A DNA stretch of 64,000 nucleotides, taken from positions 2,612-66,611 of the forward strand of contig JANOQZ010000043.1 of the NCBI GenBank assembly GCA_031415055.1, in the 5' to 3' direction. The stretch comes from Oceanomicrobium sp. (GTDB taxonomy: Bacteria > Pseudomonadota > Alphaproteobacteria > Rhodobacterales > Rhodobacteraceae). How positions within the stretch are numbered: the first letter of the stretch is position 1; every line of letters starts with the position of its first letter. Shown piece after piece: positions 1 to 9,360 of the stretch. The notes below the pieces were generated by a model that was not told the DNA's origin, made no database searches, and was given only the letters and a program-made list of their open reading frames with translations. A program made the position numbers and the translations under genes.

Positions 1-237
1 CTGCGGGCGTTTTGTCAGGCCGGTCTGATGATCGAAGTCACGGTCGATGGCACGCGGTCGTATTTCGACACCCGTACGGATGATCATCCGCATTATTATT
101 GGGAAGAAGACGGTCGTATCACCGATGCGCCGGTGGATGCGGTTCGGATTGAATCCCTGCCGGTGCCGCCGGAGGGGACGGAGATTAGCAAGGTGGATGT
201 GGTGATTAGGTTGCGACGGATGAATGTCCAAACGTAG
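1..237 (+). CDS. Fur-family transcriptional regulator, C-terminal part (Irr-like); 5' end outside window
   Basis: Frame 1 is open from nt 1 (LRAFCQAGLMIEV...). The tail FDTRTDDHPHYYWEEDGRITD...ISKVDVVIRLR looks like the His-rich site and C-terminal end of alphaproteobacterial Fur/Irr regulators. Stop TAG 235-237. Confidence 0.6.
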   Translation: MRAFCQAGLMIEVTVDGTRSYFDTRTDDHPHYYWEEDGRITDAPVDAVRIESLPVPPEGTEISKVDVVIRLRRMNVQT

Positions 238-370
238 CGGCTTGGTCGTTTTAATTGCGCTGGCGGTTATTGCATTGGGTTTCTGGTTGAACAGGCAACT
301 TGCAATAGACTCATGCTTGGATGCAGGCGGGCGTTGGAATTTTGATCATTCGGAATGCGAAAAATCGTAG
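224..370 (+). CDS. small hypothetical membrane protein (48 aa)
   Basis: ATG 224, MSKRSGLVVLIALAVIALGFWLNRQLAIDSCLDAGGRWNFDHSECEKS, one N-terminal TM helix, stop TAG 368-370. Below the ORF-track size cutoff, read by hand. Confidence 0.3.
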   Translation: MSKRSGLVVLIALAVIALGFWLNRQLAIDSCLDAGGRWNFDHSECEKS

Positions 371-374
371 ATAA

Positions 375-450
375 GTAGGGTGGGGTTCACCCCACCAGTT
401 AACGATTGCGCGTGATGAGAGGTTGAATGGTGGGATGAATCCCACCCTAC
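375..450. repeat. REP doublet (REPIN-like)
   Basis: GTAGGGTGGGGTTCACCCCACC (375-396) and the inverted copy GGTGGGATGAATCCCACCCTAC (429-450). Each is a GTAG/CTAC tetranucleotide plus a short hairpin. The spacer resembles that of 773-852. Confidence 0.75.
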
Positions 451-815
451 GCTTGCTTGCGTTCCAGAGGGACTTGCACCAGTGCCCGTCACCTTTTGAT
501 TGGAACAACGACTTGGACGACCTAAAAAACCTAAGTATTCGGTCGATAATACTCGAATTGTATGCAGAAGGCAGACTTGGCTCGTTCCCCGAGATAGAAC
601 CATTGTCCGAATTGGAATTGCTAGCGGAACTGGAGCACCGAACTAAGAAAGAGTTTGGGAACAATTTGGAAGAATGGATGGAGTGGTACATTGCCGATCA
701 AACCTATCAGACGCTGGAAGGTAAGGTCGGCATGAGCCACGTTCTTACGTCTTACCGCAGACAAAAAAGCAAGCGTGGTGCGGGGTTCACCGCACCAGAC
801 AACGGTTTCCCGTGA
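435..815 (+). CDS. hypothetical acidic protein (start uncertain)
   Basis: Open frame between two REP doublets, ...DLDDLKNLSIRSIILELYAEGRLGSFPEIEPLSELELLAELEHRTKKEFGNNLEEWMEWYIADQ.... No recognised domain. The first ATG (435) and the stop (813-815) both lie inside REP sequence. Three hand-counted 60-nt lines (541-720) are 45-48% G+C, against about 58% in a flanking line. Confidence 0.3.
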   Translation: MNPTLRLLAFQRDLHQCPSPFDWNNDLDDLKNLSIRSIILELYAEGRLGSFPEIEPLSELELLAELEHRTKKEFGNNLEEWMEWYIADQTYQTLEGKVGMSHVLTSYRRQKSKRGAGFTAPDNGFP

Positions 816-852
816 CGCACGGTCGAATGATGGGTGCGAGCACCCATCCTAC
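773..852. repeat. REP doublet (REPIN-like), left copy degenerate
   Basis: GCGTGGTGCGGGGTTCACCGCACC (773-796) and GATGGGTGCGAGCACCCATCCTAC (828-852). The spacer AGACAACGGTTTCCCGTGACGCACGGTCGAATG parallels AGTTAACGATTGCGCGTGATGAGAGGTTGAATG of the 375-450 copy. Confidence 0.7.
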
Positions 853-869
853 GGGTGATGACGGCGGAA

Positions 870-1364
870 TCAGTCCTGCGGGACCAGTTCCGTGGAATAA
901 ACCCCCCACAGGTTCACCGCTTCGGTCCAGCCGGAATAGCTGTCGATCTCGATTTCGCACCAGCCGCTTTGGCATTGGTCAAGGCTGCCGATGACGCCTT
1001 CCTTGGCGACGGCGACTTTGGTGGAGGTGGATTCGGGGGATTGGTAAAGGGTGGCGGTTTCGGCGGTGATAAGAACCGTGCGCGAACCTGACAGCAGCGT
1101 GTAATGCACCCAGCCACCGGCGCCCTCGTTATCTTCCACGCGGCGCCAGTTTTCATATTCGGCGGTCACCCGCACCGGCAGGCCTTTGCGCAGGAACTCC
1201 CAATCGACCCTATGGCTCAGGCTTGGGCCGCGGCGGGCGTTGGTGGAATTGGATTTGAGCGAGACAAACCGCGGAATTGGCAGGCCGGTGACTTTGCCCA
1301 GTTCCTGTGCCCAAACCGGTGCGGCCAGCGCCAATGCCAGCGCCAAAATCAAAAATCGTTTCAT
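870..1364 (-). CDS. secreted SH3-domain protein (bacterial SH3, COG3807-like)
   Basis: Internal ATG at 1364 gives MKRFLILALALALAAPVWAQE (signal peptide), followed by two SH3-like segments (RFVSLKSNSTNARRGPS...WRRVEDNEGAGGWVH; ...GWCEIEIDSYSGW). The longer track ORF upstream looks non-coding. Confidence 0.8.
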   Translation of the reverse strand: MKRFLILALALALAAPVWAQELGKVTGLPIPRFVSLKSNSTNARRGPSLSHRVDWEFLRKGLPVRVTAEYENWRRVEDNEGAGGWVHYTLLSGSRTVLITAETATLYQSPESTSTKVAVAKEGVIGSLDQCQSGWCEIEIDSYSGWTEAVNLWGVYSTELVPQD

Positions 1365-1437
1365 TTGGACCTGCTCGTCCCATTTGTTATGAAGGAAGTA
1401 TAATGCCAAGCCGCAACAGACGGAACAGGAAACGCAC

Positions 1438-2412
1438 ATGACCACCCGCCCAAAAGTTATCGTGACCCGCCGACTACCGGAAACGGTCGAAACGCGGATG
1501 CGCGAGTTGTTTGATGTCGAGTTGAACGACAGCGATGCGCCGATGGAATTGAGTGATGCGGTGAAGCGGGCCGATGTGCTGGTGCCGACTTTGGGCGACA
1601 AGATTGATGCGGCTTTGTTGGCGGGTGCCGGGCCGCAATTGAAGCTGATCGCCAATTACGGGGCCGGGTTTGACCATATCGATGTGGCATTGGCTTTGTC
1701 CAAGGGGATCATGGTCACCAATACGCCGGGGGTGCTGACCGAAGATACCGCCGATATGGCGATGGCCTTGATTTTGGCGGTGCCGCGCCGAGTGAAAGAG
1801 GGCATGGCGCTGATGCAGTCGGGTGACTGGCAAGGTTGGTCACCGACGGCCTTGATGGGCAAGCGGATTGCTGGCAAGCGCTTGGGCATTGTCGGCATGG
1901 GGCGGATTGGTCAAGCGGTAGCGCGGCGGGCGCGGGCGTTTGGGTTACAAATTCACTACCACTCGCGCACGCGGTTGCGGGGTGAAGCCGAAGCGGCGCT
2001 GGAGGCGACTTGGTGGGAAAGCCTCGATCAGATGCTGGCGCGGGTGGATATTGTGTCGGTCAACGCGCCGCATACGCCTTCGACTTTTCATTTGCTGAAT
2101 GCACGGCGGCTGAAACTGATGAAACCGACAGCCTTTCTGGTGAATACCTCGCGCGGCGAGGTTGTTGACGAGAATGCTTTGACGCGGATGCTGCGGACGG
2201 GTGAGTTGGCGGGGGCGGGGCTGGATGTCTATGAACACGGCAAGGATGTGAACCCGCGATTGCGTGCGCTGCCCAACGTGGTGCTGCTGCCGCATATGGG
2301 ATCGGCCACCGAGGAAGGGCGCATCGAGATGGGCGAGAAAGTGATCCTGAACATCCAGACTTTCGTCAACGGGCACCGGCCACCGGATCAGGTGTTGCCG
2401 ACGATGCTTTAA
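1438..2412 (+). CDS. D-isomer-specific 2-hydroxyacid dehydrogenase (glyoxylate/hydroxypyruvate reductase type)
   Basis: GIVGMGRIGQAVARRA NAD fold, NTSRGEVVDE and LPHMGSAT catalytic motifs. Confidence 0.92.
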   Translation: MTTRPKVIVTRRLPETVETRMRELFDVELNDSDAPMELSDAVKRADVLVPTLGDKIDAALLAGAGPQLKLIANYGAGFDHIDVALALSKGIMVTNTPGVLTEDTADMAMALILAVPRRVKEGMALMQSGDWQGWSPTALMGKRIAGKRLGIVGMGRIGQAVARRARAFGLQIHYHSRTRLRGEAEAALEATWWESLDQMLARVDIVSVNAPHTPSTFHLLNARRLKLMKPTAFLVNTSRGEVVDENALTRMLRTGELAGAGLDVYEHGKDVNPRLRALPNVVLLPHMGSATEEGRIEMGEKVILNIQTFVNGHRPPDQVLPTML

Positions 2413-3313
2413 ACCGCCATTCCACGGCGGCGATGGCGGCAAGCACCAAGGCAATACCCGCCCCCTGCACCAGCGAAATGCGTTCGCCGAGAATTAGCAC
2501 CGCGAAGATTATCCCCAGCAACGGTTCGACATTGCTGATCATCGTCGCCCGCACGGCACCAAGAATTGGCAAGGCGACGAAGAAGGCAAGTGTGCCGATT
2601 GTATAGCCAACCGCAACGCCAGCGAACCCCAGCCATCCGGAAAAGCCGTGGGGCAGAGCGATTGCACCCAGAGCGGGGAACAACACGACCAGCGTGACGG
2701 ATGCTGACACCATCATCCAGAAAACGACGGCAAGACTGCTTGCCTGTTTCATGGCGCGGGCATTGCCGATGATGACAAAGACGCAGGTTACAGCGGACAG
2801 AAATGCCAAGCCAAGGCCAGTCGGGTTAAGACGGTCGAACGAGAACCCGATTGCAAGGCCGAGTCCGACGCATGCAACGACCAGCGCGCCGATCACGCGG
2901 TACGACATCGGCTCGTCGCCGAGCCAAACCGCTGCCAGTCCGACCAGAACGGGGTGGAAGAAAAAGATCAGAATCACGGTATTGACTGGGATGTAGGCGA
3001 CCGCGCCCAAGAACCCGTACAGCATTACCGCGTAAACAACGCCGGTCGCCAAAGCGGTCAGCAACGGTTTTCGGCCTATTCTAACCGACTGTCTGAGCAG
3101 AATCATCAACAGCCAAGCCAAGGCGACCGTCAGGAGGCTGCGGGCGGTGATGACAGTCAGCGTGTTGCTGCCGCCGTCATAAGCGAATTTGGCGAAGGTG
3201 GGGACGATGGCGATGCTAATTGTCGAGGCCAGAACCAGCGCCGCGCCAACCGCCTGAAGTTGGCGGCTGGAGCGATTGACGGACGGCACCGGGATGGACG
3301 GGTTGGCTGGCAT
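2366..3313 (-). CDS. DMT-superfamily (EamA) transporter
   Basis: About 10 TM helices in two EamA-like halves. ATG at 3313. Confidence 0.88.
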   Translation of the reverse strand: MPANPSIPVPSVNRSSRQLQAVGAALVLASTISIAIVPTFAKFAYDGGSNTLTVITARSLLTVALAWLLMILLRQSVRIGRKPLLTALATGVVYAVMLYGFLGAVAYIPVNTVILIFFFHPVLVGLAAVWLGDEPMSYRVIGALVVACVGLGLAIGFSFDRLNPTGLGLAFLSAVTCVFVIIGNARAMKQASSLAVVFWMMVSASVTLVVLFPALGAIALPHGFSGWLGFAGVAVGYTIGTLAFFVALPILGAVRATMISNVEPLLGIIFAVLILGERISLVQGAGIALVLAAIAAVEWRFKASSATPDPVAGAR

Positions 3314-3518
3314 GAATACCCCCGAAATTTTGCGTCAAATATCCGCCGACCAGTGATGAACTGGGGCCGAGAATGCCGGTTCAGGGTTGCAAAAGCAATA
3401 AAGTTTGCTGATTGCGGAAATAACAATCAGGTGCCAGCCAATGATTTATGCGTGTGCGGGTCAGAATTCTATCGCAGCGAAAAAAGGGCGTTCTTTTTGC
3501 CGGATCTCCGCGAGGGTT

Positions 3519-3692
3519 TCAGTCGCCGCATTCCTTGCAGAAAATCTCATAGTCGGCGAGCGAATCGCGGGCGATGAAGCGGCAACCGCAGATCGGGCAG
3601 TTTTTGGTGCATATGGCCGAGCGGGGGGCGCTTTCGGGCATGGTGACGCGACGGGGGCGGGCGGGTTGTTGGCTGGTTGCAACTTGGGTCAT
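3519..3692 (-). CDS. small zinc-ribbon protein (hypothetical)
   Basis: MTQVATSQQ...CPICGCRFIARDSLADYEIFCKECGD has two CxxC pairs. ATG 3692 is preceded by GGAG. The longer track ORF start is less likely. Confidence 0.45.
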   Translation of the reverse strand: MTQVATSQQPARPRRVTMPESAPRSAICTKNCPICGCRFIARDSLADYEIFCKECGD

Positions 3693-3789
3693 CGTTACGA
3701 AACTCCGGCTGCCTTTGGGGGGCGAAGACCCGCTAATACTGGGCAATTTTAGCTAATTTTGGCTCAAATCTTGGTGACTTTGCGGCGGG

Positions 3790-3818
3790 TTGACAATCAC
3801 TGGCGATTCTCCTAATAC
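3790..3818 (+). promoter_or_regulatory. sigma70-like promoter giving a near-leaderless arsR-family mRNA
   Basis: TTGACA (3790-3795), a 17-nt spacer, then TAATAC (3813-3818). ATG at 3827 has no Shine-Dalgarno in between. Confidence 0.45.
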
Positions 3819-3826
3819 TTAACCTT

Positions 3827-4156
3827 ATGGTAAAGTTTCAACAGAGTGATCGCGATTTGGTGTTTGGCGCTTTGGCCAATTCCACCCGTCGCGCCATGAC
3901 AGAAAGCCTGCTGCGCGATGGGCCGCAGGCGATGATGATTTTGGCCAAACCTTTTGGCATCAGCCTGCCCGGAATCAAGAAGCATATCGGTGTGCTGGAA
4001 GATGCGGGCATTGTGACCACCAACAAAAGGGGTCGCGAGAATATCGTTGCGGTCAATCCGGCTGCGTTAAAGACAGCGGCGGAATGGTTTGAGTTTCAGG
4101 CAAGGTTCTGGAACGCCAGTATGGACCGGCTGGACAAGATTTTGGACAGGAGTTGA
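3827..4156 (+). CDS. ArsR/SmtB-family transcriptional regulator
   Basis: Winged HTH ...ILAKPFGISLPGIKKHIGVLEDAGIVTTNKRGRENI.... Typical partner of the downstream SRPBCC gene. Confidence 0.88.
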   Translation: MVKFQQSDRDLVFGALANSTRRAMTESLLRDGPQAMMILAKPFGISLPGIKKHIGVLEDAGIVTTNKRGRENIVAVNPAALKTAAEWFEFQARFWNASMDRLDKILDRS

Positions 4157-4159
4157 AAG

Positions 4160-4609
4160 ATGCCGCAGGGGGAATTGACCATCAAACGGGTGTTTGCAAA
4201 CGTAAGTGCTGACAAGGTTTTCGCGGCTTGGACCGATCCGGAAATTATGGCGTCATGGTACGGGCCTGAAGGGATGGAAACCACAATTCACGCGTTCGAC
4301 TTACGCGAAGGCGGTGCCTACAGGCTGACCATGAAAGCCCCAGACGGAACCTTGTTTCCGTTGCGCGGTGTTTTCACCGAAATCCGTCGACCGAACCGGT
4401 TGGCCTTTAGCTGGCAATGGGAAAGCAATGCCGAACTGGCCATGCCAGGGGCGCAGGAAACCTCGGTCACAGTCGATATTCGCGCGATTGGCGGCGATGT
4501 TGCCCTTACCTTGACGCATAGTGGTTTTGCGACGCCCGAGGCCATCGCGCAGCACAATGACGGCTGGACCAGCATGATGACGAAACTGACAAGCCTGCTG
4601 GCGGCGTGA
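4160..4609 (+). CDS. SRPBCC (AHSA1/START-like) domain protein
   Basis: FAAWTDPEIMASWYGPEG...LTMKAPDG...LAFSWQW...TLTHSGF pattern of the Aha1-like family. Confidence 0.85.
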   Translation: MPQGELTIKRVFANVSADKVFAAWTDPEIMASWYGPEGMETTIHAFDLREGGAYRLTMKAPDGTLFPLRGVFTEIRRPNRLAFSWQWESNAELAMPGAQETSVTVDIRAIGGDVALTLTHSGFATPEAIAQHNDGWTSMMTKLTSLLAA

Positions 4610-4635
4610 CCAGCGATTTGGCGGAGGAATGCGTT

Positions 4636-4824
4636 ATGGCAAAAGAGTATTCGATAAGTTGCAATTGCGGACATACGGTTACGGACACGGATCGACGGAT
4701 GGTCGAGGCCAAACAATGGGCGCATGCAATCAAGGATCACGGCGACATGGTGAAAACCATGGATGCACCGATGATCCACGGCATCTTGACCGGCTGGGAC
4801 AAGGAATTCGCGACTCAGAAATGA
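4636..4824 (+). CDS. small DUF1059-like protein
   Basis: ATG 4636 is preceded by GGAGGA (4624-4629). MAKEYSISCNCGHTVTDTD...HAIKDHG resembles DUF1059 small metal-binding proteins. Confidence 0.55.
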   Translation: MAKEYSISCNCGHTVTDTDRRMVEAKQWAHAIKDHGDMVKTMDAPMIHGILTGWDKEFATQK

Positions 4825-4845
4825 CTTGTTTCGAACGGGCGGGAA

Positions 4846-5604
4846 TCAGCGTTCCCGCCCGCAAACCTTGCAGGCGGGGTTGCGTTCAACCCGCAATTTT
4901 CGGCTTTCCCCCCATAATGCGTCGTAGATTAGCAGGCTGCCTTGCAGGGTTTGGCCGGCACCTGTGACATATTTGATCGCCTCGCCAGCCATCATCGAGC
5001 CGATGACCCCCGGCAAAGCCCCCATGACACCCGCTTCGGCGCAACTTGGCACCATGCCGGGTTCGGGGCGGGTGGCGAAGATACAGGCATAACACGGGCC
5101 ACTGGTGGCCGGGTGATACAGGCTAATCTGGCCTTCCCATTGGCTGATTGCGGCGGCGATGAGGGGCTTGTTAAGGGCGAAGCAGGTGGCGTTAATCAGG
5201 TAGCGGGTGCCGAAATTGTCGGAGCCGTCGAGGATAAGATCGTAAGCGCCGATGATTTCGGCGGCGTTGTTGGCATCAAGTCGCGTGTTGTGCAAGATCA
5301 CAGTCACATGCGGGTTGACGTGGGCAAGGGTGGTTTTAGCGGAATCGGTCTTCGCTTGCCCGACGGATTCGGTGGCGTGGATGATCTGGCGTTGCAGGTT
5401 CGACAGCGACACGATGTCATCATCGACAATGCCCAATGTGCCAATACCAGCAGCGGCCAGATACATCAGCGCTGGGGAGCCAAGTCCCCCGGCACCAATC
5501 ACCAGAACCTTGGCCGCTTGCAGTTTCAACTGCCCCGGACCGCCGATTTCGCGCAGCGCGATGTGGCGGGCGTAGCGGGGGATTTCTTGCGGTGACAGGG
5601 TCAT
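4846..5604 (-). CDS. moeB: molybdopterin-synthase adenylyltransferase / ThiF-MoeB-HesA family
   Basis: VLVIGAGGLGSPALMYLAAAGIG nucleotide fold, LQRQ, DGSDNFGTRYL, and CxxC pairs near the C-terminus. Confidence 0.88.
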   Translation of the reverse strand: MTLSPQEIPRYARHIALREIGGPGQLKLQAAKVLVIGAGGLGSPALMYLAAAGIGTLGIVDDDIVSLSNLQRQIIHATESVGQAKTDSAKTTLAHVNPHVTVILHNTRLDANNAAEIIGAYDLILDGSDNFGTRYLINATCFALNKPLIAAAISQWEGQISLYHPATSGPCYACIFATRPEPGMVPSCAEAGVMGALPGVIGSMMAGEAIKYVTGAGQTLQGSLLIYDALWGESRKLRVERNPACKVCGRER

Positions 5605-5897
5605 TGGTTGCCGGCTTTCAAGTTACGACGGCACCAGCCGACGAACAAGGCGACGGCGCAGCCAAATCCCACGACCCAGCCCCAGAAAGCGCCGATGTAA
5701 GCCGTACGAACCGCCAAGCTAGCACTATCGGCGCCCCAACTTTCGCCAAAGAGGGAGGCCACGAACACGAACAGAGAAAGTGTGAGTGCCATTGCAATAC
5801 CAAGCCCGATCCAACCAAACCAGCGGCTTGCAATCAAGGTTGCCGCCAGCGGTGCCCAGAGCAGGAAAAGTCGGGAAAAGGTGGGGAGGTCGTCCAA
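5601..5897 (-). CDS. hypothetical small membrane protein
   Basis: Three predicted TM helices. TTG start abuts the dut stop, and its own stop overlaps the moeB start (ATGA). Confidence 0.45.
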   Translation of the reverse strand: MDDLPTFSRLFLLWAPLAATLIASRWFGWIGLGIAMALTLSLFVFVASLFGESWGADSASLAVRTAYIGAFWGWVVGFGCAVALFVGWCRRNLKAGNQ

Positions 5898-6359
5898 TCA
5901 CGACGCCCCGGTTGAACCAAATCCACCAGCGCCGCGCGTGGTTTGGTCGAGGTCACTTTCAACCCAGTCGCAGCGGGTGACGGGGGCAAGCACAAGTTGG
6001 GCGATGCGGTCACCGTGTTGGATGGTGAAAGAATCGCTGCCTAAATTGACCAATAACACCCCGATTTCGCCGCGATAATCGCTGTCGATGGTCCCCGGTG
6101 CATTGGCAATGGTCAGGCCGTGTTTGAAGGCTAAGCCAGAGCGCGGGCGGACTTGAATTTCATGGCCTTGCGGGATGGCGACGGTCAGGCCGGTGGGGAT
6201 AAGTTTACGTTCGCCTGGCGCGATTATGACGCCAGCGCGCCAGTGGTCGGGGAAGTTGGCGCGGACGTCCATTCCAGCGGCACCTGCGGTTTCGTAGGCG
6301 GGTAAAGGAATGCTGGCATCCGCTTCGGGGCGGCGCTGGATGGCAACTTTGAGGGTCAT
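5898..6359 (-). CDS. dut: dUTP diphosphatase
   Basis: [23 protein letters not shown] and [10 protein letters not shown] motifs. ATG 6359 overlaps the coaBC stop. Confidence 0.95.
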   Translation of the reverse strand: MTLKVAIQRRPEADASIPLPAYETAGAAGMDVRANFPDHWRAGVIIAPGERKLIPTGLTVAIPQGHEIQVRPRSGLAFKHGLTIANAPGTIDSDYRGEIGVLLVNLGSDSFTIQHGDRIAQLVLAPVTRCDWVESDLDQTTRGAGGFGSTGAS

Positions 6360-7549
6360 TTCAACGCCTGCGCAATACGGTCGGCAAGTTTGGCGGCGAC
6401 CATGTCTTTGCTCATCTGTGGCCAAGATTCGGGGCCATTTGACGTTATGAGGGTGACGGTGTTGTCGCTGCCGCCCATGATGCCGTTGCCAGCGCTGACA
6501 TCATTGGCGACGATCCAATCGCAGCCCTTGCGGATGCGTTTGGCGGTGGCATTGGCCAGCACATCGTCGGTTTCCGCGGCAAAGCCGATCACCAGTTGCG
6601 GGCGGTCTTTTTTCATTTGCGCGACGGATTTCAGAATATCGAGGTTTTCGGCGAATGTCAGTTCGGGGGCACCTTTCACCGACTTTTTCAACTTGGATGC
6701 ACTGGCGTTGGCTACGTGCCAATCGGCGACGGCAGCAGCAAAAACGGCGGCGTCGGCAGGTAATGCCGCGTGAACAGCCTCCGCCATTTGTTGGCCGGTT
6801 TCGACCTCGACAATCGCCACGCCCTTGGGACGGGCGGCTGTAGCAGGTCCGGTGATGAATGTGACGGTTGCGCCTAGCGCCGACAAGGCCTGCGCAATCG
6901 CCGTTCCTTGCGTGCCGGAGGACCGGTTGGCGATGAACCGCACCGGGTCGATCGATTCGTGCGTGGGACCAGAGGTGACAAGGATGTGGCGGCCCTTGAG
7001 CGGGCCGTTCAATAAAACGTTTTCAATGGCCGCAACAATTTCCAAAGGTTCGGCCATGCGGCCCGGACCGTACTCACCGCAGGCCATATCGCCATCGTTG
7101 GGACCGACAAACAGAATGCCGTCAGATTTCAGGGTGGCAAGGTTGCGCTGGGTGGCGGCGTGGGTCCACATGCGCACGTTCATGGCAGGGGCCAGCAACA
7201 CGCGTTTGTCGGTCGCCAACAGCAGGGTCGAGGCAAGGTCGTTCGCTTCGCCATGCGCCATTTTCGCCATCAGATCGGCGGTGGCGGGGGCAACGACGAT
7301 CAGGTCGGCGGAACGGGATAGTTCGATATGGCCCATTTCCGCCTCGTCTGTCAGGTTGAACAGGTCGGTGAAGACCTTGCGCCCCGCCAGCGCTGACACG
7401 GATAGCGGCGTCACAAATTCCGCCCCGGCCTTTGTCAACACCGGTGTCACCGACGCCCCGCGTTCGCGCAGACGCCGGATCAGGTCGAGTGATTTATAAG
7501 CGGCTATGCCGCCACCGATAACCAAAAGGACTTTGCGACCGGAGAGCAT
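6356..7549 (-). CDS. coaBC: bifunctional phosphopantothenoylcysteine decarboxylase / phosphopantothenate-cysteine ligase
   Basis: Start [19 protein letters not shown] (flavoprotein domain), PAMN, and the C-terminal CoaB part ...FISNRSSG-like [10 protein letters not shown]. Confidence 0.95.
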   Translation of the reverse strand: MLSGRKVLLVIGGGIAAYKSLDLIRRLRERGASVTPVLTKAGAEFVTPLSVSALAGRKVFTDLFNLTDEAEMGHIELSRSADLIVVAPATADLMAKMAHGEANDLASTLLLATDKRVLLAPAMNVRMWTHAATQRNLATLKSDGILFVGPNDGDMACGEYGPGRMAEPLEIVAAIENVLLNGPLKGRHILVTSGPTHESIDPVRFIANRSSGTQGTAIAQALSALGATVTFITGPATAARPKGVAIVEVETGQQMAEAVHAALPADAAVFAAAVADWHVANASASKLKKSVKGAPELTFAENLDILKSVAQMKKDRPQLVIGFAAETDDVLANATAKRIRKGCDWIVANDVSAGNGIMGGSDNTVTLITSNGPESWPQMSKDMVAAKLADRIAQALK

Positions 7550-7681
7550 GGAGTTCCTTTGTGCCGAACGAACTTGGCTTGTTGTAGGTGGAATACATGG
7601 GTCGGGCAAGATTGCGGTGGCTTGAAAGCCACGCTAGAGGAGAATTAAAGTCAGACCAAACCAGCCCATAAGGATCGCAAC

Positions 7682-8458
7682 ATGACTCATGCCTTTTTCG
7701 CCACGTTCCACGATCTGAAGGGCAAGTCGGTTTTTATTACTGGTGGAGGGTCTGGCATTGGCATGGACCTGACCGAAGGGTTTTTGGAGCAGGGCTGCAA
7801 GGTCGCCTTTGTGCAACGATCCGACGCCACCGAATTTGTGCGCGAGATGGAGGATAAACACGGCAACAAGCCTTTGTTCATCAAATGCGACATCACCGAT
7901 ACCGCGGCCCTGAAACGCAGCATGGACCAAGCGGCCGAGGCGCATGGGGATGTAACCGTGCTGGTTAACAATGCCGCCAATGATATGCGTCATGGGATTG
8001 ACGGGTTCAGCCGTGAAGATTGGGACAAGATGCTTGCCATCAACCTGACCCCGCATTTCTTTTCGGCGCAGCATGTGGCACCGGGAATGCGCAAGGCGGG
8101 GGGTGGGTCGATTATCAATTATTCCTCGATTTCCTATATGATGGGGAATGGTGGGTACGTGTCTTATACCGCCGCAAAGGCGGGGATCACTGGGCTGACG
8201 CGCGGATTGGCACGGGATTTGGGTAAGGACCGTATCCGCGTCAATGCCGTGATGCCGGGGTGGGTTTTGACGCAGAAACAACGCGATTTATGGGCCAAAC
8301 CCGAGGCTTTGGAGGCGCATATGAAACGGCAGGCTTTACCCGATTACATGGTTGGCCGCGACATGGTTGGCGGGACGTTGTTTTTGGCCTCGGACGCTTC
8401 GCGGATGATGACGGGGCAAGCGCTGGTAATCGACGGCGGCGTCGTCGTTTCGGGATGA
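7682..8458 (+). CDS. SDR-family oxidoreductase
   Basis: TGGGSGIG cofactor motif, NNAA, and YxxxK (YTAAK). Confidence 0.9.
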   Translation: MTHAFFATFHDLKGKSVFITGGGSGIGMDLTEGFLEQGCKVAFVQRSDATEFVREMEDKHGNKPLFIKCDITDTAALKRSMDQAAEAHGDVTVLVNNAANDMRHGIDGFSREDWDKMLAINLTPHFFSAQHVAPGMRKAGGGSIINYSSISYMMGNGGYVSYTAAKAGITGLTRGLARDLGKDRIRVNAVMPGWVLTQKQRDLWAKPEALEAHMKRQALPDYMVGRDMVGGTLFLASDASRMMTGQALVIDGGVVVSG

Positions 8459-9360
8459 TTGCGCCCGATTGGATTGCGGTTGATTGGGGCACTTCGAACC
8501 TGCGGGTTTGGGCGATGGGGCCTGCGGGCGTGCTGGCGGAAGATTCCAGCAACCGCGGGATGGGGACCTTGCAGCGCGACCAGTTCGAGGCGGCGCTGCT
8601 GGAACTAATCGAGCCTTGGCTTGTTGCCGGGCGGGTGATGACGGTTATCGCGGCGGGTATGGTCGGGGCGCGGCAGGGGTGGATGGAAGCGCCCTATGCG
8701 AAAGTGCCAAGCGTGCCGTTGGTTGCAAACAAGATGGTCAAACCGGTTTGCGACCCTCGCATGCGGGTGCATATCTGCCACGGGCTGTCGCAGGCCAAAC
8801 CCGCCGATGTGATGCGCGGCGAAGAAACGCAGATAGCCGGGTTATTGGCGTTGGACCCAAAGTTTGAGGGCGTGGTGTGTTTGCCGGGAACGCATACGAA
8901 ATGGGCAGAAATTTCGGCCAATGAAGTGTGCAGTTTTGTGTCGGTGATGACGGGTGAGTTGTTTGCTTTGTTGTCCAAGCAATCGGTTTTGCGCCATTCG
9001 GTAGGAACCGAAGGTTTCGACGAGGCCGCATTCATCGAAGCGCTGGACGCCGCTTTGACCCAACCCCAATCGATAGCGACGCGGTTATTCCCGCTAAGGG
9101 CGGAAGGGTTGGTTGGGCAGTTGTCGCCGATTGTCGCGCGGTCGCGTCTGTCGGGGCTGCTGATCGGCATCGAATTGGCGGCGACGAAACATTGGTGGCT
9201 TGGGCGGCAAATCGCCATTGTCGGCACGCATTCACTGGCGAAGACATACGCCAAGGCTTTGGCTCATGTCGGGGCCAAGCCAACAATTCTGGACGGCACA
9301 GTTGTAACGCTGGCGGGGCTGAAAGCGGCCTACGATGCGGTGCGTTCGGGCCAGAATTGA
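8455..9360 (+). CDS. dgoK: 2-dehydro-3-deoxygalactonokinase
   Basis: MIAPDWIAVDWGTSNLRVW..., GEETQIAG, LPGTHTKW. ATG 8455 overlaps the SDR stop (ATGA). Confidence 0.85.
   Translation: MIAPDWIAVDWGTSNLRVWAMGPAGVLAEDSSNRGMGTLQRDQFEAALLELIEPWLVAGRVMTVIAAGMVGARQGWMEAPYAKVPSVPLVANKMVKPVCDPRMRVHICHGLSQAKPADVMRGEETQIAGLLALDPKFEGVVCLPGTHTKWAEISANEVCSFVSVMTGELFALLSKQSVLRHSVGTEGFDEAAFIEALDAALTQPQSIATRLFPLRAEGLVGQLSPIVARSRLSGLLIGIELAATKHWWLGRQIAIVGTHSLAKTYAKALAHVGAKPTILDGTVVTLAGLKAAYDAVRSGQN

Noticed and set aside
2366-2412. 47-nt convergent overlap of the 2-hydroxyacid dehydrogenase and DMT transporter 3' ends.
   Set aside because: Both C-termini are plausible and such overlaps occur. I saw nothing beyond compact gene packing.
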